Source: Candidatus Curtissbacteria bacterium
GTDB taxonomy: Bacteria; Patescibacteriota; Microgenomatia; Curtissbacterales; GWA2-41-24
Direction: 5' to 3'
Assembly: GCA_024654445.1 (NCBI GenBank)
Contig: JANLHP010000022.1
Span: 15,332-79,331 of the forward strand
Length of the DNA: 64,000 nt
Shown: in pieces, positions 37,702 to 45,965 of the stretch
How positions within the stretch are numbered: the stretch's first letter is position 1
Layout of the letters: each line of letters opens with the position of its first letter
Translations under genes and position numbers: made by a program
The notes under the pieces: model-generated
Databases searched by the model: none
The model's input: the letters and a program-made list of their open reading frames with translations, nothing else
What the model was told of the DNA's origin: nothing

Positions 37702-38700
37702 TTAAAAATCATTCGGCATCTTGTAGATTATTTGACTACCATTGCTCTCGAATTTAAATGGCACAAATAGTAGCCTCTTAAGTTTTGCCCTTACCTTTTC
37801 CTGCTCTTCAGGCTTTACAAAAAGAAGCATAAAGCCACCCCCCCCCGCTCCTAACAGTTTGCCTCCCAAAGCTCCGGCTTCTTTTGCACTCAGATAAAGG
37901 TCGTCGATAACTTTATTAGAAATTTTAGTCGTTAGGCTCCTCTTAATTGCCCACGATTCATCAAGAAGCCGACCAAAGTCCTCAATTGGCGCTTTTGTGC
38001 TAACCAATATTTTTTGAGCATCATCAACAAGTCGAAGCATTTTTTTAAGCTCTCTTTTTTTCTTCGATGTTGCCTTAATCTGGCTTTTGGCTACATCGGA
38101 AGCATTCCTGGAAAACCCGGTAAAAAAAAGCATCAAGTGGTCAAGAAGTAAATTTTGTCTACCCTGGTTCATCATAATTGGAGTCACCTTTATTGTGGGA
38201 CCAGCAGAAAATTCAATTCTGTTCAAACCTCCAAAAGCTGCGATTGTTTGATCTTGAGAACCGACGTTTTCTTTTATCAATTTTTGCTCAACATATATAG
38301 CATCCTGCGCAAGTTGAAGTTTATCCACCATTTTTCCTTCGAGGCCATAGAGAGAATTCAAAAAACCAACCGTAAAAGAAGAGCTTGACCCCAATCCGGA
38401 CATTGCTGGAAGGTCCGCATTGTGTTGCATTTCCAGCCCCGACTCATGGCCTACAAACTTTAGGCACTCGCGAACCGAAGGATGATTTATTTGACTAATA
38501 TTCCTTTTATGCTCCTGTTTTGTATACCTAATTCTATAGTTGTATTTGAAAAAAGGCGGCAAGTGACGGCATGTAACGTAACAATATTTATTAATCGAAG
38601 CGGCAATAACAGCACCGCCGCCATTTTTTTCATACCACGCCGGATAATCAGTACCACCGCCGAAAAATGAAATCCTAAAAGGAGTTCTTGAAATTACCAT
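37702..38700 (-). CDS. hddA: D-glycero-alpha-D-manno-heptose-7-phosphate kinase (GHMP)
   Basis: RTPFRISFFGGGTD, GLGSSS, GSQDQ, GGKLLGAGGGGF. Confidence 0.88.
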   Translation of the reverse strand: MVISRTPFRISFFGGGTDYPAWYEKNGGGAVIAASINKYCYVTCRHLPPFFKYNYRIRYTKQEHKRNISQINHPSVRECLKFVGHESGLEMQHNADLPAMSGLGSSSSFTVGFLNSLYGLEGKMVDKLQLAQDAIYVEQKLIKENVGSQDQTIAAFGGLNRIEFSAGPTIKVTPIMMNQGRQNLLLDHLMLFFTGFSRNASDVAKSQIKATSKKKRELKKMLRLVDDAQKILVSTKAPIEDFGRLLDESWAIKRSLTTKISNKVIDDLYLSAKEAGALGGKLLGAGGGGFMLLFVKPEEQEKVRAKLKRLLFVPFKFESNGSQIIYKMPNDF

Positions 38701-39661
38701 TTTGCTTGTACCATTCTACAGTCTTCTGCAACCCTTCCCTCAAAGTAGTATTTGATTTAAAGCCTACCAGCCTCCTCGCAAGGGAAACATCAATCAGTCT
38801 CTTTTTTATCATCGTCGGTTTAGTTTTATCAAAAACAATCTTGGCGTCATCAAAATTTTCAACTTCTATTAGAATTTTCAAAACATCCCTAACGCTCACC
38901 GGAATACCCGTGCCGATATTGAGCGGCTTAAACTTTTTAAGTTTCGTGACTACGAGCATTACTCCTTCGATAAAATCGTCAACATACATTAAGTCCTTCA
39001 CATCTCGTCCGTCACCCCAAACTTCGATCGGATTATGCCTCTCGATAACCTTTCTCACAAGAGCCGGGACTACATGCGACGTTTCCCAAGCAAAGTCGTC
39101 ATAAGGACCATAAAGATTTGCGGGTCTGACAACAACAACATTCATCGGATCCTTTATTTTAGTTGCGTAAATCTCGCAAAGAATCTCACTATATCTCTTC
39201 ATCCAGGCAACCGGAAAATATTTGAAAAAAGGCTCTCCGTTCATCATTTCACTTTCGCGAACTGGGTGATTAGTTACAGGGTAAACGGTATTACTGCTTA
39301 TAAAAAGAAACTTCTTGGCTTTTGCTTCATAAGCGGCTTCGAGCATTAGGGAGTTCATTATGATATTCCCGGTAACATGAACAAGTGGGGTCTTTTCGAT
39401 AACCGCGGCACCCGACGTGTTTGCAGCACACATAAAAACATAATCAGCCCCACGAACTATCTTTCTGCAAAAATCCCCTTTTGTTAAATCGCCTCTTACA
39501 TAATCGATTTTAGAATTAATTATTTGTGGAGATTTTTTATGAACCGTAGCTTTAATCGTTGCTCCTTCACTCAATAACCTATTGATCAAATTTGATCCTA
39601 CAAAGCCAGCTCCGCCAGCAATGACAACTCTTTTATTTTTAAACAATCCTGCCCTCCTCAT
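38675..39661 (-). CDS. GDP-sugar epimerase/reductase (Fcl/WcaG-like)
   Basis: GGAGFVG, RPANLYGPYD.F....SHVVPAL, VWGDG. Start uncertain (39661 or 39718). Confidence 0.8.
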   Translation of the reverse strand: MRRAGLFKNKRVVIAGGAGFVGSNLINRLLSEGATIKATVHKKSPQIINSKIDYVRGDLTKGDFCRKIVRGADYVFMCAANTSGAAVIEKTPLVHVTGNIIMNSLMLEAAYEAKAKKFLFISSNTVYPVTNHPVRESEMMNGEPFFKYFPVAWMKRYSEILCEIYATKIKDPMNVVVVRPANLYGPYDDFAWETSHVVPALVRKVIERHNPIEVWGDGRDVKDLMYVDDFIEGVMLVVTKLKKFKPLNIGTGIPVSVRDVLKILIEVENFDDAKIVFDKTKPTMIKKRLIDVSLARRLVGFKSNTTLREGLQKTVEWYKQNGNFKNSF

Positions 39662-40190
39662 CTCTCCTGGAAATAATGGGGTTTTTGACAGGCCACCAAA
39701 TATTATATTTAGGATCATTCCATTTTATTGTGAACTGATTTTTTGGGTCGTAGTAAGAAGATTGTTTATAGTGATAAATGTCGTAAGTTGAAAGAACTAG
39801 ATGGCCATTGCCATATAGAGGGGGAATTAAAATTTGAACCCTATTTTTATCGGAAAGTGTAAAGCCTTCCCATTTGCCGAAGTCTTTTGAGTTTTTGTTA
39901 CAGTTAACAACTACAATGTAGAATTTTCCATAAAGACACGAGATCAACTTCCAAGTACGACGATCGCCATGAATCCCTTTCAATACCCCTCGAGATCCAG
40001 TCGAAATATCATCCTCCACAAACTTCAACTTTGAAGCATCTTTTTCGTAGATAGTTCCTTTTAAGTTTTTTTTAATTTCACGAATATACAAATTCTCGTT
40101 GAACAACTCTACATACTCTCCACGAAAATCTTCAAAGGGGTCAAGGTTAAAGAGCAAAAGTCCCTCAAGTTTCGTTTTTAAAATCTTCAT
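39639..40190 (-). CDS. RmlC-like NDP-4-keto-6-deoxysugar 3,5-epimerase
   Basis: FEDFRG, GVLKGIHGD, GNGH, YKQS.YY, WNDP...WP. Confidence 0.85.
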   Translation of the reverse strand: MKILKTKLEGLLLFNLDPFEDFRGEYVELFNENLYIREIKKNLKGTIYEKDASKLKFVEDDISTGSRGVLKGIHGDRRTWKLISCLYGKFYIVVVNCNKNSKDFGKWEGFTLSDKNRVQILIPPLYGNGHLVLSTYDIYHYKQSSYYDPKNQFTIKWNDPKYNIWWPVKNPIISRRDEEGRIV

Positions 40191-40212
40191 TTTCGTAAAA
40201 TTCAATTTCGAA

Positions 40213-41223
40213 TTATATCAGCTCTCGCTTCGCTCGCCTGATGTAATCTCTCGCTTCGCTCGGAATTATACTACTTAAAATATCCTTAATGGTCCTGTTA
40301 GTCTCGGACTTCTTTTTTTGATTATCTGCTACTTTTACTAAGAATTCTCCCGTGTCTTTATCACCAACAAGCTTTAAACGTCTGGCGGTTTGAAGAACTT
40401 CAATTGAACAGTCAATCAAACCAAAAATCTCCATGAACGACGCAAGCTTTAAAAGTCTTACCTCGTTCCAGAATTTGCTTCTCGAGTTTTTGGCTTTTAG
40501 AATTTCACCAACAGCGTCTCTGAAATAGAGAACATGAGCCGAGATTACTTGCCCACTATCTTGAATGCCTGGTGATTTAAATATTGATTTTCTGCCCAAT
40601 CTAATCGGTGAAAGATCAAAAAGCTCAAATCCTAGGTTCCTCAGAAATACATCAAGATCGCTAAATAAAGGTTGCGACTCGAGGGTTCTTGAAAAAGCAA
40701 TTTCTGCAGAAACACCCAGCACATTTTTTGAAAGCGTTTCTACTGCACCTTTTAAAGCAAAAAGCTCTCCACCCTCTATGTCCAATTTAATAAAATCTAC
40801 ATAGGGAACCTCGTTATCTTTTGCAAATGTGTCAAGAGTTGTAGTTTGCACTTCGATGACCTTTTTAACCCTGAGATTCACTTCGTCCGGGAATCTTTGC
40901 AAAAAAAATGACCTGGCTTTTAGAAATGAGGAGGATGGTAAATTTTTTGTAACGTAAAATTTCTTCTTTTGTGCAGTCTCCCATAAAGCGTAAGGGAAGT
41001 AAGTAGTTTTATTGTCGGAGTATTTATTTAAACGTAAGCATTCCGCCCTGTCAGGGTCAAAGCCGATTATCTCTATATAAGGCTTATAAGCCTCCCAAAA
41101 ATATTCACGTCCGCCCCTTGCCCCAACGTCTACCAAGCGAACCGGTTCATCTTTCAGGATCTTTTTCCTCAGTAAGTATTGAACCAAAAGGGGATTTGAA
41201 TTAATTTTTTCGAATGAACTCAT
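40213..41223 (-). CDS. FkbM-family methyltransferase
   Basis: DVGARGG, GFDPD, TLD, DFIKLDIEGGE, QPLF. Confidence 0.85.
   Translation of the reverse strand: MSSFEKINSNPLLVQYLLRKKILKDEPVRLVDVGARGGREYFWEAYKPYIEIIGFDPDRAECLRLNKYSDNKTTYFPYALWETAQKKKFYVTKNLPSSSFLKARSFFLQRFPDEVNLRVKKVIEVQTTTLDTFAKDNEVPYVDFIKLDIEGGELFALKGAVETLSKNVLGVSAEIAFSRTLESQPLFSDLDVFLRNLGFELFDLSPIRLGRKSIFKSPGIQDSGQVISAHVLYFRDAVGEILKAKNSRSKFWNEVRLLKLASFMEIFGLIDCSIEVLQTARRLKLVGDKDTGEFLVKVADNQKKKSETNRTIKDILSSIIPSEARDYIRRAKRELI
40222..40262 (-). repeat. Two 15-bp direct repeats CGAGCGAAGCGAGAG (REP-like) in the FkbM 3' end
   Basis: CTCTCGCTTCGCTCG occurs at 40222-40236 and 40248-40262 on the + strand. Confidence 0.65.
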
Positions 41224-42221
41224 TAATTAGATTTAAAGTAATTTTTTCTCTTCAAAAACTCTTCCGTGTTTTTCAAATACCAGTTCCATGTTTCCTTAAG
41301 CCCCTCATTAAGTGTCGTAGTGGGATTGTAGTGAATTATTTCTCTTGCAAGGGAAATGTCCATAACTCGTTTTGGAAAACCTGCCGGTTTAGAAGAATCA
41401 AATCGAAAGTTAAAATCAACAACGGTTCGCATGGTCGCAACTAGTTTTTTAATTGTTACTCCTTTACCACTGCCCAAATTTACAAAGCCTCCTTTTGTAC
41501 CAAAGTGAAGCGCTAAAATTACACCTTCGGCGACGTCTCGACTATAAGCAAAATCGCGTATAGCACTTCCGTCACCCCAAACAACAACAGGATCTTCTCC
41601 ATTGTGAATCCTGCTCATGAGGGAAGGGATAACCATTGCGTTCTCCGGGTCAAAGTTATCTCCCGGTCCGTAAACATTGCAAGGCCTGACAACGGCAAAG
41701 CTATCTAGGCCATACTGAGTTTTATAAGCTTTTATTTGTAATTCAGCCATTCGTTTTGCCCATCCCGGATACATGTCCATAGGGGGACCCTCGAATTCTT
41801 CACTTTCATTTTTTTCTTTAAAAACCGACGCGCTTGAATACGCCCCAATAGAACTTGTATACACAACCTTCTTAACACCATTAACTCTACAGGCTTCAAG
41901 AATATTAGTATTCATCATAAGAAGCGGTACGAAAAAACTTGCTGGCTTCGACTTTGTTACTTCGATTGATCCCTTAATCCCGGCAAGGTGAAAGGCAAAA
42001 TCTACTCTCTTTGCTATTTTTTTACAAAATTCAAAACTACTTAAATCTCCGTAAATATGGCGAGCATGTTTATTCACATTAATTTTATCGAGAGAAACAA
42101 TATTCACTTGAGCGCCTGCTCCAACTAAAATATCGACAACTTGTCTGCCTATTAGTCCCGTACCCCCGGTAACCAAGACCCTCCTGTTCCTAAAATTATT
42201 TAATACTTTTTTTTCTAACAT
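41223..42221 (-). CDS. Second GDP-sugar epimerase/reductase (Fcl/WcaG-like)
   Basis: TGGTGLIG, RPCNVYGPGDNF, VWGDGSAIRDF. Confidence 0.8.
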   Translation of the reverse strand: MLEKKVLNNFRNRRVLVTGGTGLIGRQVVDILVGAGAQVNIVSLDKINVNKHARHIYGDLSSFEFCKKIAKRVDFAFHLAGIKGSIEVTKSKPASFFVPLLMMNTNILEACRVNGVKKVVYTSSIGAYSSASVFKEKNESEEFEGPPMDMYPGWAKRMAELQIKAYKTQYGLDSFAVVRPCNVYGPGDNFDPENAMVIPSLMSRIHNGEDPVVVWGDGSAIRDFAYSRDVAEGVILALHFGTKGGFVNLGSGKGVTIKKLVATMRTVVDFNFRFDSSKPAGFPKRVMDISLAREIIHYNPTTTLNEGLKETWNWYLKNTEEFLKRKNYFKSN

Positions 42222-42263
42222 GTTGCCCTTCTGTCCTCTCAAAAATGCGTGGGAAAATTACCT

Positions 42264-43019
42264 TTATTCAAATACAAAATACGAAGTTCTCGATGTAATG
42301 GGAAGCCTTCTTAATTTAATGTTGTTAAGGCCCAGTACTTCTTTTAGTGCGAGCGTTTCTCCCGGGGAATCATGATCATTAAGTTCGTCAAACGCCACTA
42401 CGCTTCCTTTTACAAGGTGGGGTAAAATTGCCTGCAGACAGTTTTTTGTTGGTTCATATATGTCGAAATCAAAATAGGCGAGCGCGACTATCGTCTCCGG
42501 ACGCTCTTTGAGATATTTAACTGTTTCGACCGAAGCATCTCCTTTTCGTAGCTCATATTTTTTAATATGTGAAAGAGGATTAGAGCCTTCTTGAAATTTC
42601 ATTACCCTGTCAAGATAGTCTTCATAGTTTTTAGTAACAGAAATATTGCCGGCAGTCATCAAGTCCGACCGTCCATCTTTCCTCGATATTCTTGGAAATC
42701 CGCTAAACGTATCAAAACCAACAATCAATTTGTGTCTATTAAAGGGTTCGTAAATTCCTCGCAGTGCTGAAAATATCGCCATATTGTGTCCCCACCTAGT
42801 GCCAAAATCCATAACCACTCCCTGCAGGTCAATTATCTGACGGTACAAAAAATCCATAAAAAGAATTCTGGACAAATCTTTAGAATTTAAAAATAATCCT
42901 AGATTTGAAAAAATTTGATCGTCCGGAATAGGGGAGCTCTTAAAGAGGTCGACAGCCCCCTCGTAGTTAACCGCCTCCTCGCCGCTTAAGTATCTTTTAA
43001 TTCCGACTTTCCCACTCAT
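42264..43019 (-). CDS. TylF/MycF-like sugar O-methyltransferase family protein
   Basis: GVVMDFG..WG, GFDTFSGFP, KGD, YFDFDIYEPT, FDE. Start set at 43019 because ATG 43037 overlaps a -10 box. Confidence 0.7.
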   Translation of the reverse strand: MSGKVGIKRYLSGEEAVNYEGAVDLFKSSPIPDDQIFSNLGLFLNSKDLSRILFMDFLYRQIIDLQGVVMDFGTRWGHNMAIFSALRGIYEPFNRHKLIVGFDTFSGFPRISRKDGRSDLMTAGNISVTKNYEDYLDRVMKFQEGSNPLSHIKKYELRKGDASVETVKYLKERPETIVALAYFDFDIYEPTKNCLQAILPHLVKGSVVAFDELNDHDSPGETLALKEVLGLNNIKLRRLPITSRTSYFVFE

Positions 43020-43035
43020 TCTGTAAATTTTTCGC

Positions 43036-43044
43036 ATTATATCA
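43036..43044 (-). promoter_or_regulatory. Extended -10 promoter (TGaTATAAT)
   Basis: Perfect TGnTATAAT 16 nt upstream of ATG 43019. Confidence 0.5.
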
Positions 43045-43062
43045 AAGAGAGTAAAAAGAGAG

Positions 43063-44172
43063 TTAAATATATTCCCTTACATGCGCCGGTATTGGCCTTT
43101 TTCCCTCATACGCAATTACCCAGGCCCAATAACGTATCCTTCCACTAATCAAATCAAAATCATATTTATTCGAACCTTTGGCACGTACCAGCCTTACTGG
43201 TTTCAACAAACCTCCTTCTTTGATGACATCAGCAAGTTCCTTTGGGCTCGGATTAAAGTTGAGTTTATTCTCGAGGGCTTCATCAATAGTTTGGTAAACC
43301 CGACTATCCCGTTCACCATGCGCAGACACCCTTATCTTTTCAACCGGAACGCTCAGAAGCTTAGCAAAAAATGCTTTATCTATTTTGTCGTATTCACTTT
43401 TAGTCATTACAAACGAAGCAGCAAGAGAATTTTCGATAAGGTGACTTTCATTAAGCGTCATTGGTACTCCTGTGACGTAGCGATTTTTTGTTAACCAATT
43501 AAGAATTATTTGGGACCCGGATTTTCCGTATTTAATCGCCAACCCTTCAATTAATTCTTTCTGAAGAGGGCTCATAGAGCCAATTCGTCCCTGGTCCAAA
43601 GGACTAAAAGCAACAAGCTGCAAATTATTTTGTTGGCAATAATCGAAGACCCCGTTATATTCGACGGATCTCTCGAAAATATTATATTCCGATTGGATCG
43701 AAGCGAGCTTGATTTTTCCGAGTAACTTGCTTGCTCTTTGAAGCTCAGTTTGCGAGAAGTTACCAACACCAATATATCTTACCTTCCCGTCACCAACTAA
43801 ATCGGAAAGCGCCCTAAAGGTCTCCTCAAAAGATACAGAATAGTTCGGCCAGTGAACCTGATATAAGTCAATATAGTCTGTACTAAGCCTCTCAAGGCTC
43901 GCGTTGCAAGCCGCAATTACAGAGCCATAAGAACTGTGTTCTGGAGAAAATTTAGTACCAACAATTACGTGAGCTCTATTTTTTTTAATTGCGGCTCCAA
44001 CAAGCTTTTCGGCAAGTCCGTCTCCATAGCTCTCTGCCGTATCGATAAAAGTCATTCCAAGTGAAACCCCTTTCTGGAGTAAATAGATAAATTTCTTTTG
44101 GGAAACTTTACTAAAATCAAAACCCGTTCCTTGTCCAATTGGGGGAAGTTTTAAAAAACTACTCTTTTGCAT
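43063..44172 (-). CDS. Aldo/keto reductase with C-terminal ParB/Srx-like domain
   Basis: IDTAESYG, SLERL.TDYIDLYQVHWP, FSPL. C-terminus reads ELADVIKEGGLLKPVRLV...DLISGRIRYWA. Confidence 0.75.
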   Translation of the reverse strand: MQKSSFLKLPPIGQGTGFDFSKVSQKKFIYLLQKGVSLGMTFIDTAESYGDGLAEKLVGAAIKKNRAHVIVGTKFSPEHSSYGSVIAACNASLERLSTDYIDLYQVHWPNYSVSFEETFRALSDLVGDGKVRYIGVGNFSQTELQRASKLLGKIKLASIQSEYNIFERSVEYNGVFDYCQQNNLQLVAFSPLDQGRIGSMSPLQKELIEGLAIKYGKSGSQIILNWLTKNRYVTGVPMTLNESHLIENSLAASFVMTKSEYDKIDKAFFAKLLSVPVEKIRVSAHGERDSRVYQTIDEALENKLNFNPSPKELADVIKEGGLLKPVRLVRAKGSNKYDFDLISGRIRYWAWVIAYEGKRPIPAHVREYI

Positions 44173-45094
44173 ATCTAGAAATTTCCTTGGTGAGGCTTCG
44201 GTTGTCAAGACCGTTTTGTAAAAGCAGCCATTCTCGGCTACCGAAAACGGAAAATTGTTTGTCTGCAACTGCTAGTTTGTTCAAAGTTATTTTATTTTTT
44301 GCTTGTGAAATTATGTCAGCAACTATAGTTCCTAAACCGCCGATTTCCGAGTTCTCTTCAATAGTTATTAATTTTGAGGATTTTTTTAAAATGTCAGCAA
44401 GCTCCATACTTACTGGTTTAAGTCTGAAAACATCGATAAGGCCAACATCTATGCCGCGAGTTACCAATTCCTCGCAGACTTCAAAAGCCCTCGACGTCAT
44501 ATAACCTGTGCTTATAACATTTACACTCCTGAGCCCTCTTAAAATACTAAAACCATTTTTGAAATCTCTACTGTTTTTATAAAAATTCGGAAAGCATCCT
44601 TTGTCGAGTCTTATATACGAAGGCCCATTCATTTTATATGAACTTTGAACACTAAATGCCGCCGTTTTATTATCACAAGGATTATAAATAGTAATTTCCG
44701 GAAGTATCCTCATCGCTCCAATATCCATAACTCCGTGGTGCGTTGGTCCGTCAAAGCTGAATGAAAAACCTGCGCCGACGCCAATAATGGTAACGGGCAA
44801 ATTCATACTACAGACGCTGAACTTTATCTGCTCGAAGCACCTCAGCGTAACGTATGAGCAAATACCGTAGCAAAAAACCTTTTTCCCGGAAGCAGCAAGC
44901 CCCGCCGAAACGTCAATCATATTTTGTTCAGCAACACCGATATTAATAAATTGCTCGGGGAAGTCTTTTTTGAATTTTCTTAAAACGAATGCGTCCAAAT
45001 CATCCGATATAAACAGAACGTTCTTGTCTCTTTTACCCAGATTGTATATTTCTTCAAAAAAAGCGTCACGGATGTCAACTTTAGAAACCTTCAC
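44159..45094 (-). CDS. Transketolase, C-terminal subunit
   Basis: RDAF, NIGVAEQN, GPTHH, YIRL, IEE...GGLG. Confidence 0.88.
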   Translation of the reverse strand: MKVSKVDIRDAFFEEIYNLGKRDKNVLFISDDLDAFVLRKFKKDFPEQFINIGVAEQNMIDVSAGLAASGKKVFCYGICSYVTLRCFEQIKFSVCSMNLPVTIIGVGAGFSFSFDGPTHHGVMDIGAMRILPEITIYNPCDNKTAAFSVQSSYKMNGPSYIRLDKGCFPNFYKNSRDFKNGFSILRGLRSVNVISTGYMTSRAFEVCEELVTRGIDVGLIDVFRLKPVSMELADILKKSSKLITIEENSEIGGLGTIVADIISQAKNKITLNKLAVADKQFSVFGSREWLLLQNGLDNRSLTKEISRYAKE

Positions 45095-45095
45095 A

Positions 45096-45965
45096 TCATC
45101 CCTCTATAATTTCTTTTCTCGCCGCCCTTAGCTCTTCTTCGGAAAGCGCCGCGTTATGCCACCTTAAATTATTTTCCATAAACGAAACACCCTTACCCTT
45201 TATTGTGTTAGCGATAACAACTACCGGCTTTTTAGAAAGTTCAATCTTGCCAAATGTGCCCAGAATCTCACCAAAATCGTGACCGTTAATTTCAAAAATA
45301 TTCCACCCAAAGCTCATCATTTTCTCCTTAAAGTTTTTATACAGTCCTTCGTCATCGATGACATCAGTTACCATTAATCTGTTTCTGTCTATAATTACGA
45401 CTAAATTATTGAGTTTGTAATCACTTGCGAAAATAACCGATTCCCAAATAGAACCCTCGAAAGGCTCAGAATCGCCGATAATAGTATATGCTCTGTAATT
45501 TTCCCCGTTTTTTTTAGCAGCGAGAGCAATGCCGGCAGCAACCCCAACCGAATGACCAATTGAACCCGTGTTAAAATCCACCCCGTTTATCCATGTTTCC
45601 AGCTGACCTCCAAGTCCACCATTTTCGCCGTAAGAGCTATACATCTCTTTTGAAATTATTCCTAAATCTAAAAAGATTGCGTAAAGAGCGGTACAGGCAT
45701 GTCCCTTACTTAAGATAAACCGATCCCTATTTTCCCAGTTCAAATTATTCGTTTTATAACGTAAAATTTTTCCGTAATACAAAGCCACCAGTAATTCGAC
45801 GCAAGAATAAGTTCCTCCAAGATGAGCCTTACCGCTTTTCGCGGCCGCGTTTAAAACCTCGAGTCGTACCCACCTTGATTTATCTTTAAGATCGGCTTTT
45901 AGGCCCGCAGTCGAAGACGAGGACCGCAAGCCCCGCTTCTTCGCAGAAAGGCTTTGCTTCTTCAT
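45096..45965 (-). CDS. Transketolase, N-terminal subunit
   Basis: HLGG..S, DRFILSKGH, TGSIGH, GDSE..EG, KGKGVSFME. Confidence 0.88.
   Translation of the reverse strand: MKKQSLSAKKRGLRSSSSTAGLKADLKDKSRWVRLEVLNAAAKSGKAHLGGTYSCVELLVALYYGKILRYKTNNLNWENRDRFILSKGHACTALYAIFLDLGIISKEMYSSYGENGGLGGQLETWINGVDFNTGSIGHSVGVAAGIALAAKKNGENYRAYTIIGDSEPFEGSIWESVIFASDYKLNNLVVIIDRNRLMVTDVIDDEGLYKNFKEKMMSFGWNIFEINGHDFGEILGTFGKIELSKKPVVVIANTIKGKGVSFMENNLRWHNAALSEEELRAARKEIIEG
45899..45931. repeat. Stand-alone core of the palindromic element inside the transketolase 5' end
   Basis: TTAGGCCCGCAGTC-GAA-GACGAGGACCGCAAGC matches the cores at 5085, 17533 (reverse), 35647 and 63623. Confidence 0.7.
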
